A stretch of 50,673 nucleotides of DNA from Negativibacillus sp. (GTDB lineage Bacteria; Bacillota; Clostridia; Oscillospirales; Ruminococcaceae), in NCBI GenBank assembly GCA_045633085.1, contig JAZQXX010000010.1, positions 1-50,673 of the forward strand, in the 5' to 3' direction. Of the stretch, positions 9,196 to 19,630 are shown in pieces (within the stretch, counting starts at the first letter, position 1; every line of letters starts with the position of its first letter). The position numbers and the translations under genes are program-made. The notes below the pieces were generated by a model. The model was not told the origin of the DNA and did no database searches. It saw nothing but the letters and a program-made list of their open reading frames with translations.

Positions 9196-10149
9196 CTACT
9201 CTTTGTCGCTTTTCTTTTTGTAAATGTGTCGGTAAAGCGCTTTACTGATTCGATAGTAGCGATAGCGCTTCTGATAGCGTGGTGGGAAGTGCTTTCTATG
9301 GCTGGAAGGGAATTGTTTCATCAGCTTCTCAGCTAATTTTTCCTGTTCGCTGCCCTTATCCATATGTGGATAAGCATCCATAATAATGACCATCATAAAC
9401 AGCTCATTGCGCAGCATATTCGGGAAGCGCTGTTTGAGATATTCATAGCGCTCATATGTCAGGAAAAATTTATCCTCATAGAACTTTTTATCTCGATTAT
9501 GAAGAATACTGGTTCCCCTCTGGTAATAGTTGCAAAGCTTCACCGGATTGTAGGTGACTGCTTCACACTGTCCCATCAGGCGATACATCGTACCCAGATC
9601 TTCCATTTTGCGGCCGACCGGAAAGCGCAGATCATCAAACAGTGAACGATGGTACATCTTATTCCACGCATAGTTAGCGTATTTTTCCTTCGTAAACAGA
9701 TGATTGATCGCTTCTTCTGTGTTAAATATCTCGGTTTGTTCTGGATCAAAGATCGGTTCTTTCAGCTCGTCTCCATCGTGATATACAAGGAATCCGCAGG
9801 CAGACAATTTCACATGATGGGTTTGAATCTCCCTGTACAGAACCTCCACCATGCGCTTGTCCATGAAGTCATCACCATCCACAAAGCAGATGTATTCACC
9901 CTGTGCTTTATCTAAACCATAGTTGCGCGCACTGGACAAGCCTCCATTTGGCTTGCTGTAATATTTGATACGACTGTCCTTCTGCGCATATGCTTCACAA
10001 ACAGCTCCGCTGTTGTCCGGAGAGCCGTCGTTGATCAGCAGGATTTCAATGTTCTCATAAGTCTGCGCCATCAGACTTTCGATGCAGCGCGGAAGACAAT
10101 CTTCAATATTATAAATTGGGACGATCATACTGATCAAGTCATGACTCAT
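9196..10149 (-). CDS. Family 2 glycosyltransferase
   Basis: ISMIVPIYN, INDGSPD, NGGLSSARNYG, FVDGDD, MED motifs. Confidence 0.92.
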   Translation of the reverse strand: MSHDLISMIVPIYNIEDCLPRCIESLMAQTYENIEILLINDGSPDNSGAVCEAYAQKDSRIKYYSKPNGGLSSARNYGLDKAQGEYICFVDGDDFMDKRMVEVLYREIQTHHVKLSACGFLVYHDGDELKEPIFDPEQTEIFNTEEAINHLFTKEKYANYAWNKMYHRSLFDDLRFPVGRKMEDLGTMYRLMGQCEAVTYNPVKLCNYYQRGTSILHNRDKKFYEDKFFLTYERYEYLKQRFPNMLRNELFMMVIIMDAYPHMDKGSEQEKLAEKLMKQFPSSHRKHFPPRYQKRYRYYRISKALYRHIYKKKSDKE

Positions 10150-10218
10150 CTCAGATTTCCCCTTTCATTTGCTCTACACAAATTTTATTGTAAAGGAAAT
10201 CTCCCAAAAGTCAAATTC

Positions 10219-10974
10219 CTATTTCTTATAGTTCGGACAGCGATAGCGGCGTTTTCCGCGGCTCATATTGCCGTACTCAATGGCTTCGGTTGGACAGTTA
10301 CAGATACACGCCATGCAATGAGTGCAATGGCTTCCCCACTTCGGCAGTCCGTCTTTCAAGGTAATATTGTTGAGCACACACAGTTCTGCACATTTGCCGC
10401 AGCCGATACATTTTGCCGTAGCATAAAACTTATCCGCTTTGATGTAATACTGATTGAAGCCTTTGTTGACCACAGTGCTGCACAGCTTACCAATGACGGA
10501 AACTTTCTTCTGAGGCAGCGCTTCATTTTTCTTCATGTAAGGCAGCGCTTCACTGAGGGTCTGTTCTGCTGCTTTTACCATCTGTGCACATTTCTCTTCG
10601 GACGGTACATTAAACAAAGCAATATAATTTTCCGGCATCGCAACCTTCAGAGTGCCTTTGTGATTCAGTTTCAGCTCCTTGCAAAGCTCTTCGTTGTGTG
10701 CCGCAGCGCCACCAATATCGGAGCCACAAGTCATAACAAAATAAGCATCCTCACTGCCCTGCAGCCAAGCGCTGCGGATAAAATCAGTAAACACTTTTGG
10801 CAGCTGCCATGCGTAGGTTGGACCAACGAAAATCCATGGCTTACCAGTCAGCAGCTCTGCCTGAATGCCGTGTTTGATATAGTTCGCGCAATCAAGCAGC
10901 TCATCGTTCAGTTTGTCTGCAAGATACTCTGCACAATAGCGGCTGTTGCCTGTCGCTGAAAAAGTAACGATCAT
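10219..10974 (-). CDS. EFR1-family ferrodoxin (flavodoxin-like domain plus 4Fe-4S dicluster)
   Basis: FSATGNS, MPENY, CIGCGKCAELC and CTHCMACICNCP. Confidence 0.88.
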   Translation of the reverse strand: MIVTFSATGNSRYCAEYLADKLNDELLDCANYIKHGIQAELLTGKPWIFVGPTYAWQLPKVFTDFIRSAWLQGSEDAYFVMTCGSDIGGAAAHNEELCKELKLNHKGTLKVAMPENYIALFNVPSEEKCAQMVKAAEQTLSEALPYMKKNEALPQKKVSVIGKLCSTVVNKGFNQYYIKADKFYATAKCIGCGKCAELCVLNNITLKDGLPKWGSHCTHCMACICNCPTEAIEYGNMSRGKRRYRCPNYKK

Positions 10975-10986
10975 ATCAATCTCTCC

Positions 10987-11898
10987 TTATAAATGCACCG
11001 GAACCTTAGAAATAGATTCGGTGATGCTCTTCTTTTCATTTTGACGGATACGTTCCGCAATATCTTGGATCTTGCTGCAGATCCACAAATTTGCTGTGGT
11101 ACCCTCCCGATAATCCGCTTCGGCATAGGTATGGATCCTTCCATCCATACGCAGTTGTTCCACCTGACGGAAGGCTTTTGCATCGCTTTTCGGATAAATA
11201 GCAAAGGTTGAACCGCCATTTTTATTGATCAATGAGAACGCCGGAATATCGCTTGGCCCGTCGGCGATGTAAATCATATTCTCAAAAGGAACTCTCCGTT
11301 TCTCCGCCGGAACTTTCGAGTTTACATCAATTTCAGGATGTTTCGGAACACCTTTATTGATTTCGAAAATCGCACGGGTTTTCGAGGTATTGTCGATGGT
11401 ATAGCCTAATTCTGCGATGACCTTCTTGCCATTGATCATGTCTTCGATCAGTTCATTGCCCCACACACCGTCTACATACTCCATGATCGCTGTTCCTTTA
11501 ATGACAGCCAACATTCCTGTGCTGACAATATAATGCTCAACACGGATATCGTACTCTCGGTACTGCGGATTTTCTGCGATCATTCGCTTTGTTTTTTCAA
11601 AAATATCGGGAATTCCAGGATAGAAGTGCAATTCCTTGCCGAAAGCTTTCAACTTTTCATTGTTCAGGTCGTGGAAAATCCCTGCACGCACATAACGGAG
11701 GAAATGGTTCAGGTAAATGGTATCTCGGTTGACCCTCACTCCCTGTTCCTGAAGATATTTCCCCGGCAATTCATGGACTTCATTCCAAAATTGCTGAGCA
11801 TCCACATTGTAGTGAGCAAAAATCGGATCCTGCATATAACCATCTACCAATGTTTTATCAAAATCCCAGATCACAGCGATCACGTTTGCCATCTTCAT
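10987..11898 (-). CDS. HAD-superfamily hydrolase
   Basis: Motif I DFDKT, motif II IVSTG, motif IV YIADGPSD. Confidence 0.85.
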   Translation of the reverse strand: MKMANVIAVIWDFDKTLVDGYMQDPIFAHYNVDAQQFWNEVHELPGKYLQEQGVRVNRDTIYLNHFLRYVRAGIFHDLNNEKLKAFGKELHFYPGIPDIFEKTKRMIAENPQYREYDIRVEHYIVSTGMLAVIKGTAIMEYVDGVWGNELIEDMINGKKVIAELGYTIDNTSKTRAIFEINKGVPKHPEIDVNSKVPAEKRRVPFENMIYIADGPSDIPAFSLINKNGGSTFAIYPKSDAKAFRQVEQLRMDGRIHTYAEADYREGTTANLWICSKIQDIAERIRQNEKKSITESISKVPVHL

Positions 11899-11924
11899 TC
11901 CTCCTTCCGGCTGCTTCTACATTC

Positions 11925-11953
11925 ATTGTAGCTGTTTGGAAATAGACTGTCAA
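11925..11953 (-). promoter_or_regulatory. Sigma-A promoter for the HAD/ferrodoxin genes
   Basis: Minus strand TTGACA-17 bp-TACAAT. Confidence 0.75.
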
Positions 11954-11972
11954 TGTCCACTTTATTGTACAC

Positions 11973-12001
11973 AAAAAGCCCGACGGAGTCCGTCGGGCTT
12001 T
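11973..12001 (-). terminator. Intrinsic terminator after the amidohydrolase pair
   Basis: AAGCCCGACGG-agt-CCGTCGGGCTT with U-tract on the minus strand. Confidence 0.85.
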
Positions 12002-12033
12002 GTTGATTGAATTTTACTTCGCTTCAAACACAA

Positions 12034-13200
12034 CTACATGATGTTGTGAACCACTTCACCGTCGATCATGCTCAGGCGGCAGAGGGTCAAGCTGCTGAAT
12101 GGATGGCCGTCAAAGATTGCAATATCCGCATCTTTGCCCACTTCCAGAGAACCTACGCGGTCTTCCAGACCCAGAGTTTTCGCTGGGTTGATGGTAACAC
12201 CTTCGAATGCAGCCTGTTCGCTGAGACCGTTACGCATCAGCAAACCGATGGTTGCTGGCAGGTATGCGGTTCTGGAACCTTCGTCTGCGGTCAAGGAAAC
12301 CTGCAGGCCAGCTTCTGCCAGAATACCAGGGTTTTTGATGGTCATGTTCCACAGTTCCTGTTTGGTTGGGGAAAGCAGGTGTGGACCGATGGTGCAGCGG
12401 ATGTTTCTCTTCTTCAGCGCATCAACGATTTTATGACCTTCGGTGCAGTGTTCGATGGTATAATCCAAACCGAATTCTTCTGCGTAACGAATCGCGGTCA
12501 TAATGTCATCAGAACGATGTGCATGGATGCGGCAGCGCATTTCGCCGCGTACAACAGGTACCAATGCATCCAGTCGGAAATCTGGTTCCGGTGCTTTGGA
12601 TGGGTCGGTTTCTGCAGCTTTCAGCTTATCGGAATAAACTTTCGCTTTGTACAGAGTTTCACGGATCAGTGCCGCAACACCCATACGGGTCATTGGCAGT
12701 TTTCTGTCAGTGCCGTAGCAGCGTTTTGGATTTTCACCCATCGCAAATTTCATCTGCTCACAACCTGGTACTTCCATTTCTTCTGCAGTGTCTACATTGC
12801 GCAGTTTAATAACCGTACCGCAGCCACCGATCAGGTTTGCGGAACCTGGCAGAATGCATACGGTAGTAAAGCCAGCTTTACGAACAACATCAACTGCATA
12901 GTCGTAAGGGTTTACAGCATCGATTGCACGAACCTGTGGAGTAATTGGGTCACTCATTTCATTGCCATCCAGAGGAATGGATGGGTTGGTTCTTGGCTCA
13001 TTAAAGTTACACATATGAGTGTGTGGATCAATCAAACCTGGGGTTACCCACATACCTTCTGCGTTGATGATCTCAGCGTCAGCAGGAACTTCTACATTTG
13101 CACCTACTGCAACGATTTTTCCGTTTTCTACAAGAACGGTACCCTGTTCATAGGTTTCACCGGTCACGGTCACTACTTTACCATTTGTAATTGCGATCAT
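12034..13200 (-). CDS. Metal-dependent amidohydrolase (paralogue 2)
   Basis: PGLIDPHTH, MKFAMGENPK, IHAHR, IEHC, GSLEVGKDADI. Confidence 0.9.
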   Translation of the reverse strand: MIAITNGKVVTVTGETYEQGTVLVENGKIVAVGANVEVPADAEIINAEGMWVTPGLIDPHTHMCNFNEPRTNPSIPLDGNEMSDPITPQVRAIDAVNPYDYAVDVVRKAGFTTVCILPGSANLIGGCGTVIKLRNVDTAEEMEVPGCEQMKFAMGENPKRCYGTDRKLPMTRMGVAALIRETLYKAKVYSDKLKAAETDPSKAPEPDFRLDALVPVVRGEMRCRIHAHRSDDIMTAIRYAEEFGLDYTIEHCTEGHKIVDALKKRNIRCTIGPHLLSPTKQELWNMTIKNPGILAEAGLQVSLTADEGSRTAYLPATIGLLMRNGLSEQAAFEGVTINPAKTLGLEDRVGSLEVGKDADIAIFDGHPFSSLTLCRLSMIDGEVVHNIM

Positions 13201-13217
13201 GTTTCTGCTCCCCTTCC

Positions 13218-14381
13218 TTACAGTGTATTCTTGTAGATCTCGCCGTCGATCATAACAAGACGGCAGAGGGTCATACTATCGAATGGATGGCCATCGAAGA
13301 TTGCAATGTCCGCATCTTTTCCTACTTCCAGAGAACCTACTCTGTGGTCAAGATTCAGAACTTTTGCAGGATTGATGGTAACACCCTGGATTGCTTTTTC
13401 TTCGCTCAAACCACGGCGCATCAGCATACCGATGGTCATTGGCAGATGTGCGGTTTCAGAACCGGTGTCTGCGGTAAGGCAAACAGTAATGTTTTCTTCA
13501 TTGGCAAGGATACCGGAGTTTTCCAGTTTGCGGCCGTGGATCTCCACTTTGGATGGTGCAGTCAGATGAGGACCGATAACGACACGGGCAGATTTCTCGT
13601 TGAGAACATCCGCAATTTTATAACCCTCAGTACAATGTTCAATAACATAATCCAGTCCGTATTCTTCTGCAATGGATACAGCGGTCAGAATATCGTGGGA
13701 AGTATGAGCATGCATACGGCAGCGCATTTCACCGCGTACAACAGGAACCAAAGCTTCCAGCTTGAAGTCTGGTTTTGGTTTCTTAGATGGATCATTTTCT
13801 GCTTCGATCAGAGAATCAGAATAGTTTTTCGCGTTGTACAGAGCTTCTCTCAGTACTGCGCCAACACCCATACGGGTGCTTGGAATTACTTTTTTACCGC
13901 CATACACACGTTTTGGATTCTCGCCGAAAGCAAATTTCATCTGCTCGGTGCCTGGAATGATCATTTCTTTTGCGGTATGTCCACGGAGTTTTACGGAGAT
14001 ACCGGTACCACCGATCACGTTTGCGGAACCTGGCAGGATGCATACGGTGGTGAAACCAGCTTCACGAACAGGTTTGATTGCATAATCATCTGGATAAATC
14101 GCATCACTTGCACGCACATGAGCAGTATTTGGGCTGGTAGCCTCGTTACCGTCATAGTTGCCAGGAATGCTGTTTGGTTCATTAAAGTTAGAAATATGGG
14201 TGTGACAGTCAATCAAGCCAGGCATAACCCAGCAGCCTGCTGCATCAATAATTTCAGAATCGGATGGTACAGATACATCTGCACCTACTGCAACGATTTT
14301 ACCGTCCTCAACAAGAACAATACCTTTCTCGTAGGTCTCCCCTGTTACAGTCACAACTTTACCGTTGATAATCGCTGTCAT
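13218..14381 (-). CDS. Metal-dependent amidohydrolase (paralogue 1)
   Basis: PGLIDCHTH, MKFAFGENPK, MHAH, IEHC; AGGAGG RBS supports the start at 14381. Confidence 0.9.
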   Translation of the reverse strand: MTAIINGKVVTVTGETYEKGIVLVEDGKIVAVGADVSVPSDSEIIDAAGCWVMPGLIDCHTHISNFNEPNSIPGNYDGNEATSPNTAHVRASDAIYPDDYAIKPVREAGFTTVCILPGSANVIGGTGISVKLRGHTAKEMIIPGTEQMKFAFGENPKRVYGGKKVIPSTRMGVGAVLREALYNAKNYSDSLIEAENDPSKKPKPDFKLEALVPVVRGEMRCRMHAHTSHDILTAVSIAEEYGLDYVIEHCTEGYKIADVLNEKSARVVIGPHLTAPSKVEIHGRKLENSGILANEENITVCLTADTGSETAHLPMTIGMLMRRGLSEEKAIQGVTINPAKVLNLDHRVGSLEVGKDADIAIFDGHPFDSMTLCRLVMIDGEIYKNTL

Positions 14382-14539
14382 TTGGTTGTTTCCTCCTTCA
14401 GAAGTCGAGTCGCTCACAATGTTTTTGAGCACAAGACCATCATAGCACATGGCCCAACTCATTTCAAACAAAGCACCTTTTTCTTCCGATTTTCCCGCAG
14501 TTTATACGAAAGAAGAGCCCATAAATTAGAAAACAGCAC

Positions 14540-14570
14540 AAAAAAAGACCCGCCCTTTCGGGCAGGTCTC
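14540..14570 (-). terminator. Terminator of the ribosomal protein cluster
   Basis: GC-rich hairpin followed by a T7 tract on the minus strand, just after rplQ. Confidence 0.85.
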
Positions 14571-14583
14571 AAAACACATCAAA

Positions 14584-14925
14584 TTAAACCAATTCGATGA
14601 TAGCCATTTCAGCTGCGTCACCGCGGCGAGGACCAGTTTTGATGATGCGGGTGTAACCGCCATTGCGTTCCATGTATTTTGGAGCAATTTCATCGATAGT
14701 CTTTTTAGCAACGGTTTCTTTGGTTACGTAGGAGTACACCTGACGCTTAGAATGGAGGTTATCCTGTTTCGCTTTGGTGATGATTCTGTCAGTCATTGCT
14801 TTGACTTCTTTAGCTCTGGTAACGGTGGTTTCGATCTTGCCGTTTTCCAGCAGGAAGGTTACCATCGCTCTGAGCATGGCAGCTCTGCTATCGCTAGTTC
14901 TGCCGAGTTTTCTAGTACCTGGCAT
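14584..14925 (-). CDS. rplQ: 50S ribosomal protein L17
   Basis: [36 protein letters not shown]. Confidence 0.98.
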   Translation of the reverse strand: MPGTRKLGRTSDSRAAMLRAMVTFLLENGKIETTVTRAKEVKAMTDRIITKAKQDNLHSKRQVYSYVTKETVAKKTIDEIAPKYMERNGGYTRIIKTGPRRGDAAEMAIIELV

Positions 14926-14967
14926 CCAAATTCACTCCTTTATTTCGGATAGTGGAATTATTCTCAA

Positions 14968-15966
14968 CTATTCATCGGTTTTATTCAGGCTGAAACCAAG
15001 GGAATCCAGTTTCGCGAGAACCTCTTCCAGAGATTTTTTACCGAGGTTACGAACTTTCATCATTTCATCCTGAGATTTGTTAATCAAATCACTTACAGTG
15101 TTGACACCTGCCCGTTTGAGACAGTTGAACGCACGCACAGAAAGGTCAAGCTCTTCAATGGTCATCTCAAGAGCCTTTTCCTTACCGGTGTCTTCCTGAG
15201 TATCCATGATCTCAGTATTGCTCACTTCTTCGGACAGATCCACGAAGTGGTTGAGTTGTCTATTGAGGATCTTGGCTGAAAGAGAGACAGCTTCTTTTGC
15301 AGAGATAGTACCGTCTGTCCACACTTCCAATGTCAGCTTATCATAGTCTGTAATCTGTTCTACACGTGTGTTCTCTACAACGTAGTTCACTTTCAAAACA
15401 GGGGTATAGATGCTGTCAACATAAATCTTGTTAAGGCTCAGTTTATCAACCTGAGCTTTATCCTGAACGGATTTATCGTTGTTTTTGTCCTTAGCAATCT
15501 GTTTGTTCTTGTCAGCAGAGATGTAACCCTGACCTTTATCAAGAACAATTTCCATTCTAAGGGAAGCGTTAGGGCCCAATGTAGCAATATGCATGCTTGG
15601 GTCGAGGATCTCTACATCAGAATCACACTGAATAGAGCCTGCGGTAACTTCGCATTCACCCTCTGCATTGATGTATACAGTCTTAGGACCTTCACAATAG
15701 AGCTTTGCAGTTAAACCTTTGATGTTGAGGACGATCTCTGTAACATCCTCTTTAACGCCCTCAATGGTTGAGAATTCGTGCTGCACACCATCAATTTTGA
15801 TGGAGGTTACTGCAACACCAGGAAGCGAGGAGAGCAAAACTCTTCTAAGGCTGTTGCCTAAAGTTGTTCCAAAACCTCGATCGAGTGGTTCAACAACAAA
15901 TCTGCCGTAAGAGCCGTCAGGTTTCAGTTCTTCCGTCTCAATCTTTGGTTCGATGATCTTAACCAC
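14968..15966 (-). CDS. rpoA: RNA polymerase alpha subunit
   Basis: [25 protein letters not shown]; [21 protein letters not shown]. Confidence 0.98.
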   Translation of the reverse strand: MVKIIEPKIETEELKPDGSYGRFVVEPLDRGFGTTLGNSLRRVLLSSLPGVAVTSIKIDGVQHEFSTIEGVKEDVTEIVLNIKGLTAKLYCEGPKTVYINAEGECEVTAGSIQCDSDVEILDPSMHIATLGPNASLRMEIVLDKGQGYISADKNKQIAKDKNNDKSVQDKAQVDKLSLNKIYVDSIYTPVLKVNYVVENTRVEQITDYDKLTLEVWTDGTISAKEAVSLSAKILNRQLNHFVDLSEEVSNTEIMDTQEDTGKEKALEMTIEELDLSVRAFNCLKRAGVNTVSDLINKSQDEMMKVRNLGKKSLEEVLAKLDSLGFSLNKTDE

Positions 15967-16110
15967 AATTAAACCCTCCTTGTATAACTAGGCATCCACA
16001 GAACAGGGTTCGGGATGAACCAGTTGTATGTTTCGCATTCCCATGCTGAATTTTCGCAAACAATAAAAGTGACCTGCGGGCAGATGTGTGCCCGCTGGCA
16101 AACACCCTTA

Positions 16111-16725
16111 TTATTTGGAGTACAGCTCAACGATGAGATGTTCTTCAACATCCAGGTCGATATCTTCACGGCTTGGCAGCTCGATTACTTTACCAACCAG
16201 GGTTTCTTTATTGATTTCCAGCCATTTAGCAACTGGTTTGGAAGCGTTGATTTCTGCCATAGCTTTCACTTTGTCAGTACCTTTAGCTTCGATAACATCG
16301 CCAGCTTTCAGCAGGATGGAAGGAATGTTTGCTTTGTGACCGTTCAGAGTGAAGTGACCGTGGCGAACCATCTGTCTAGCTTCTGCTCTGGAGGTAGCCA
16401 GACCCATTCTGTAAACTACGTTGTCCAGACGGGATTCGAGCAGTTTCAGCAGGTTTTCACCAGCCTGACCGTCCATTTTGGTTGCCAGTTCGAAGTAGTG
16501 AGCGAACTGACCTTCCAGAACGCCATAGAAGCGTTTGGTTTTCTGTTTAGCACGGAGCTGAATACCGTACTCAGAAACTTTTTTACGGTTCTGACCGTGC
16601 TGGCCAGGAGCGTATGCTCTGCGAGCCAGAGCGCATTTATCAGAGTAGCATCTTTCGCCTTTCAGGAACAGTTTCTGTCCTTCACGACGGCAAAGTTTGC
16701 ATACCGCGCCAGTATATCTTGCCAT
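16111..16725 (-). CDS. rpsD: 30S ribosomal protein S4 (Zn-ribbon type)
   Basis: [32 protein letters not shown]. Confidence 0.98.
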   Translation of the reverse strand: MARYTGAVCKLCRREGQKLFLKGERCYSDKCALARRAYAPGQHGQNRKKVSEYGIQLRAKQKTKRFYGVLEGQFAHYFELATKMDGQAGENLLKLLESRLDNVVYRMGLATSRAEARQMVRHGHFTLNGHKANIPSILLKAGDVIEAKGTDKVKAMAEINASKPVAKWLEINKETLVGKVIELPSREDIDLDVEEHLIVELYSK

Positions 16726-16748
16726 ATTATACTTACCTCCCTATAAGA

Positions 16749-17147
16749 CTATACGCGTCTTCTCTTTGGTGGGCGGCAACCGTTGTGTGGAATTGGGGTT
16801 ACGTCTTTGATCATGCTAACCTCAAGACCTGCTGCCTGCAGTGCGCGGATAGCAGCTTCACGACCGGAGCCTGGGCCTTTAACGTATACTTCAACAGTTT
16901 TCAGACCATGTACCATTGCAGCTTTAGCAGCGGTTTCTGCTGCAGTCTGAGCTGCGAAAGGAGTGGATTTTCTGGAACCTCTGAAGCCAAGACCACCTGC
17001 GGATGCCCAAGACAGTGCATTACCCTGGGTATCAGTGATAGTTACGATGGTGTTGTTAAAGGTAGACTGGATATGAGCAGCACCACGTTCAATATTTTTA
17101 CGTTCACGACGTCTTGGTGCGGCTTTTTTTGCGTTTGCTTTAGCCAT
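16749..17147 (-). CDS. rpsK: 30S ribosomal protein S11
   Basis: [33 protein letters not shown]. Confidence 0.98.
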   Translation of the reverse strand: MAKANAKKAAPRRRERKNIERGAAHIQSTFNNTIVTITDTQGNALSWASAGGLGFRGSRKSTPFAAQTAAETAAKAAMVHGLKTVEVYVKGPGSGREAAIRALQAAGLEVSMIKDVTPIPHNGCRPPKRRRV

Positions 17148-17166
17148 TTCTCCTATCCCTCCCTAA

Positions 17167-17535
17167 TTATTTCTTCTTGTTAGCGACTGTTTTAGCTTTA
17201 CCTTTGCGAGTACGAGCATTGGTTTTAGTTCTCTGACCTCTTACAGGCAGACCACGTCTATGACGCAGGCCTCTGTAGGAGCCAATTTCAATCAGTCGTT
17301 TGATGTTCAGTGCAGTGTCACGACGAAGATCGCCTTCTACTACAAAGTTTTTATCAATATAATCTCTCAGCTTGGAGACATCGTCTTCTTCCAGGTCTTT
17401 TACTCTGATATCAGGGTTTACACCTGTAGCAGCCAGGATGTCAGTTGCGGACTTTCTGCCAATACCGTAGATATAGGTAAGTCCAATTTCAACTCGCTTC
17501 TCACGAGGCAAGTCAACACCAGCAATACGAGCCAT
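17167..17535 (-). CDS. rpsM: 30S ribosomal protein S13
   Basis: [36 protein letters not shown]. Confidence 0.98.
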   Translation of the reverse strand: MARIAGVDLPREKRVEIGLTYIYGIGRKSATDILAATGVNPDIRVKDLEEDDVSKLRDYIDKNFVVEGDLRRDTALNIKRLIEIGSYRGLRHRRGLPVRGQRTKTNARTRKGKAKTVANKKK

Positions 17536-17585
17536 ACTTTTGTTGCACCTCCATTATATCGGTTTCCATAGTTTGGTTCAAACTA

Positions 17586-17699
17586 TTAGCCCTGACGCTG
17601 TTTATGTTTTGGGTTATCGCAGATAACCATAATGCGTCCTTTGCGTTTGATTACTTTACATTTTTCGCAAATAGGCTTAACGGAAGGTCTTACTTTCAT
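17586..17699 (-). CDS. rpmJ: 50S ribosomal protein L36 (not in ORF track)
   Basis: Manual translation [37 protein letters not shown]; GGAGG RBS. Confidence 0.97.
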   Translation of the reverse strand: MKVRPSVKPICEKCKVIKRKGRIMVICDNPKHKQRQG

Positions 17700-17753
17700 T
17701 TGAAATACCTCCTTGTATTTACCTAAACAGTGAATTTAAATTTAACTAACGAA

Positions 17754-17972
17754 CTATTTGGATCTCCAGGTAATTCTACCTTTCTGCAGATCGTATGGAG
17801 ACATCTCCACAGTCACTTTATCGCCTGGCAGGATGCGGATGAAGTTCATACGCAGTTTGCCGGAGATATGAGCCAGAATTACATGGCCGTTTGGAAGCTC
17901 AACTTTGAATTGAGCGTTTGGCAGGGATTCGAGTACCTTGCCTTCCAGTTCGATTACGTCTTCTTTAGACAA
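17754..17972 (-). CDS. infA: Translation initiation factor IF-1
   Basis: [11 protein letters not shown]...[19 protein letters not shown]. Confidence 0.98.
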   Translation of the reverse strand: MSKEDVIELEGKVLESLPNAQFKVELPNGHVILAHISGKLRMNFIRILPGDKVTVEMSPYDLQKGRITWRSK

Positions 17973-17988
17973 GCAAATTGCCTCCTCG

Positions 17989-18225
17989 CTAAATCAAGTC
18001 TAACATGGTTAATGCTTTTCGCAAAGCCTTGTCGGAATGGATCTGTTCCAGATCGATGTGCTGCTCTGTGCTCTGTAGATGACGAAGATTCTTCGCTTTC
18101 GGATTGGCGAGTTTTCTCACCTTTCCGTCAGCCACAAGAATTCGATCTGCTTCACAAGAAAGCACTACCTGAAAACGACCTCGATCACGACCGGCCATGG
18201 ATTTCACAACTGTTCCACGCTTCAT
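17989..18225 (-). CDS. KOW-motif RNA-binding protein (L14e-like)
   Basis: [28 protein letters not shown]; conserved map-infA position in Firmicutes. Confidence 0.85.
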   Translation of the reverse strand: MKRGTVVKSMAGRDRGRFQVVLSCEADRILVADGKVRKLANPKAKNLRHLQSTEQHIDLEQIHSDKALRKALTMLDLI

Positions 18226-18233
18226 CTGTTCAC

Positions 18234-18977
18234 CTAAGCTTTCGTCAGGATCACAGGTCCGTCCGCTGTAATAGCGATCGTGTGTTCAAAGTGTGCGGAT
18301 AAAGATCCGCTGGCAGTCAGCACAGTTCCATCTTTCAGGGTCTTTACTGCACTGCCTTTCGCATTGATCATCGGTTCGATGGCCAATGTCATACCAGGCA
18401 TCAGTCGAAGACCTCTGCCCGGTGTGCCGTAGTTTGGAACTTCCGGTGCTTCGTGGAGCTTTTTGCCCACACCGTGACCGACGAAATCTCTCACTACTGC
18501 GAAACCAAACGATTCTGCATAGGCCTGCACTGCATATCCTACATCACCCAGACGATTGCCTGGCTGAGCAGCTTCAATGGCTTTGTACAGACACTGTTCT
18601 GTTACATCCATGAGCTTGCGGGCTTCATCAGAAACCGCACCCACAGCGAAAGTCGCTGCATTGTCACCGGTGTAACCATTGATTGCAGCGCCGACATCCA
18701 CACTGACGATATCTCCTTCACGAAGGATTCGATCCGATGGGATACCATGAATCACTTCGTCATTAACGGAGATGCAGCATGCTGCCGGGAAACCGCCGTA
18801 TCCAAGAAAGGTTGGTTTGGCACCCTGAGACACGATGAACTCGTGAACCATTTTATTAACGTGTGCGGTAGACACACCAGGTCGGATCAGTTCTCCTGCA
18901 AGTTTCAGCGCCTGAGCTGAAATCTGGCAGGAAAGCTTCATGTCCAACAGTTCTTTGCTCGTTTTAAGCGAAACCAT
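18234..18977 (-). CDS. map: Methionine aminopeptidase type I
   Basis: SVNDEVIHGIP, GHGVG..LHE.P, AIEPMI, SAHFEHT. Confidence 0.96.
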   Translation of the reverse strand: MVSLKTSKELLDMKLSCQISAQALKLAGELIRPGVSTAHVNKMVHEFIVSQGAKPTFLGYGGFPAACCISVNDEVIHGIPSDRILREGDIVSVDVGAAINGYTGDNAATFAVGAVSDEARKLMDVTEQCLYKAIEAAQPGNRLGDVGYAVQAYAESFGFAVVRDFVGHGVGKKLHEAPEVPNYGTPGRGLRLMPGMTLAIEPMINAKGSAVKTLKDGTVLTASGSLSAHFEHTIAITADGPVILTKA

Positions 18978-18979
18978 TA

Positions 18980-19612
18980 TTAGGCCTCCAGAGCTTTCAG
19001 AATGTTAGCGGTGATCTCGTCGAGAGCGCCAACACCTTCTACCATAACAAGGTTGCCCTTGGACTGGTAGTAATCTTTCAGAGGCTCAGTCTGCTCGTGA
19101 TAAACATGCAGACGTGCTTTTACGGTTTCTGGCTCATCATCTTTACGGATGGTCAGCTCAGTACCGCATTTATCACAGTTAACGCCATCTTTGGATGGGT
19201 TGAACTCGGTGTGGTAGCTTGCACCGCATTTGGAGCAAACTCGACGACCGGTCATACGACCCATGATCACGTCATCTGCAACTTCAATATCCAAAACTTT
19301 ATCAATCTGGACACCCATCTGATCCAGGGCTTCAGCCTGTGGAACAGTTCTTGGGAAACCATCCAGGATATAACCGTTTGCGCAGTCGTCCTGTTTGAGT
19401 CTGTCGCTAACCATTTCGATTACGACTTCGTCTGGAACCAGAGCGCCGGAGTTAACGAACTCTTTTGCTTTAATACCAGCTGGAGTTTCATTTTTCATTG
19501 CTTCGCGGATAATATTACCCGTGCTGATCTGTGGGATGTTGTAATGTACACAAATTTTTTCGGCCTGTGTGCCTTTACCGGCACCAGGAGCGCCCAGCAA
19601 AATGATCTTCAT
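18980..19612 (-). CDS. adk: Adenylate kinase
   Basis: GAPGAGKGTQ, LDGFPRT, Zn lid CSKC/CDKC. Confidence 0.97.
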   Translation of the reverse strand: MKIILLGAPGAGKGTQAEKICVHYNIPQISTGNIIREAMKNETPAGIKAKEFVNSGALVPDEVVIEMVSDRLKQDDCANGYILDGFPRTVPQAEALDQMGVQIDKVLDIEVADDVIMGRMTGRRVCSKCGASYHTEFNPSKDGVNCDKCGTELTIRKDDEPETVKARLHVYHEQTEPLKDYYQSKGNLVMVEGVGALDEITANILKALEA

Positions 19613-19630
19613 GAAAAAGTCCCCTTTCAA

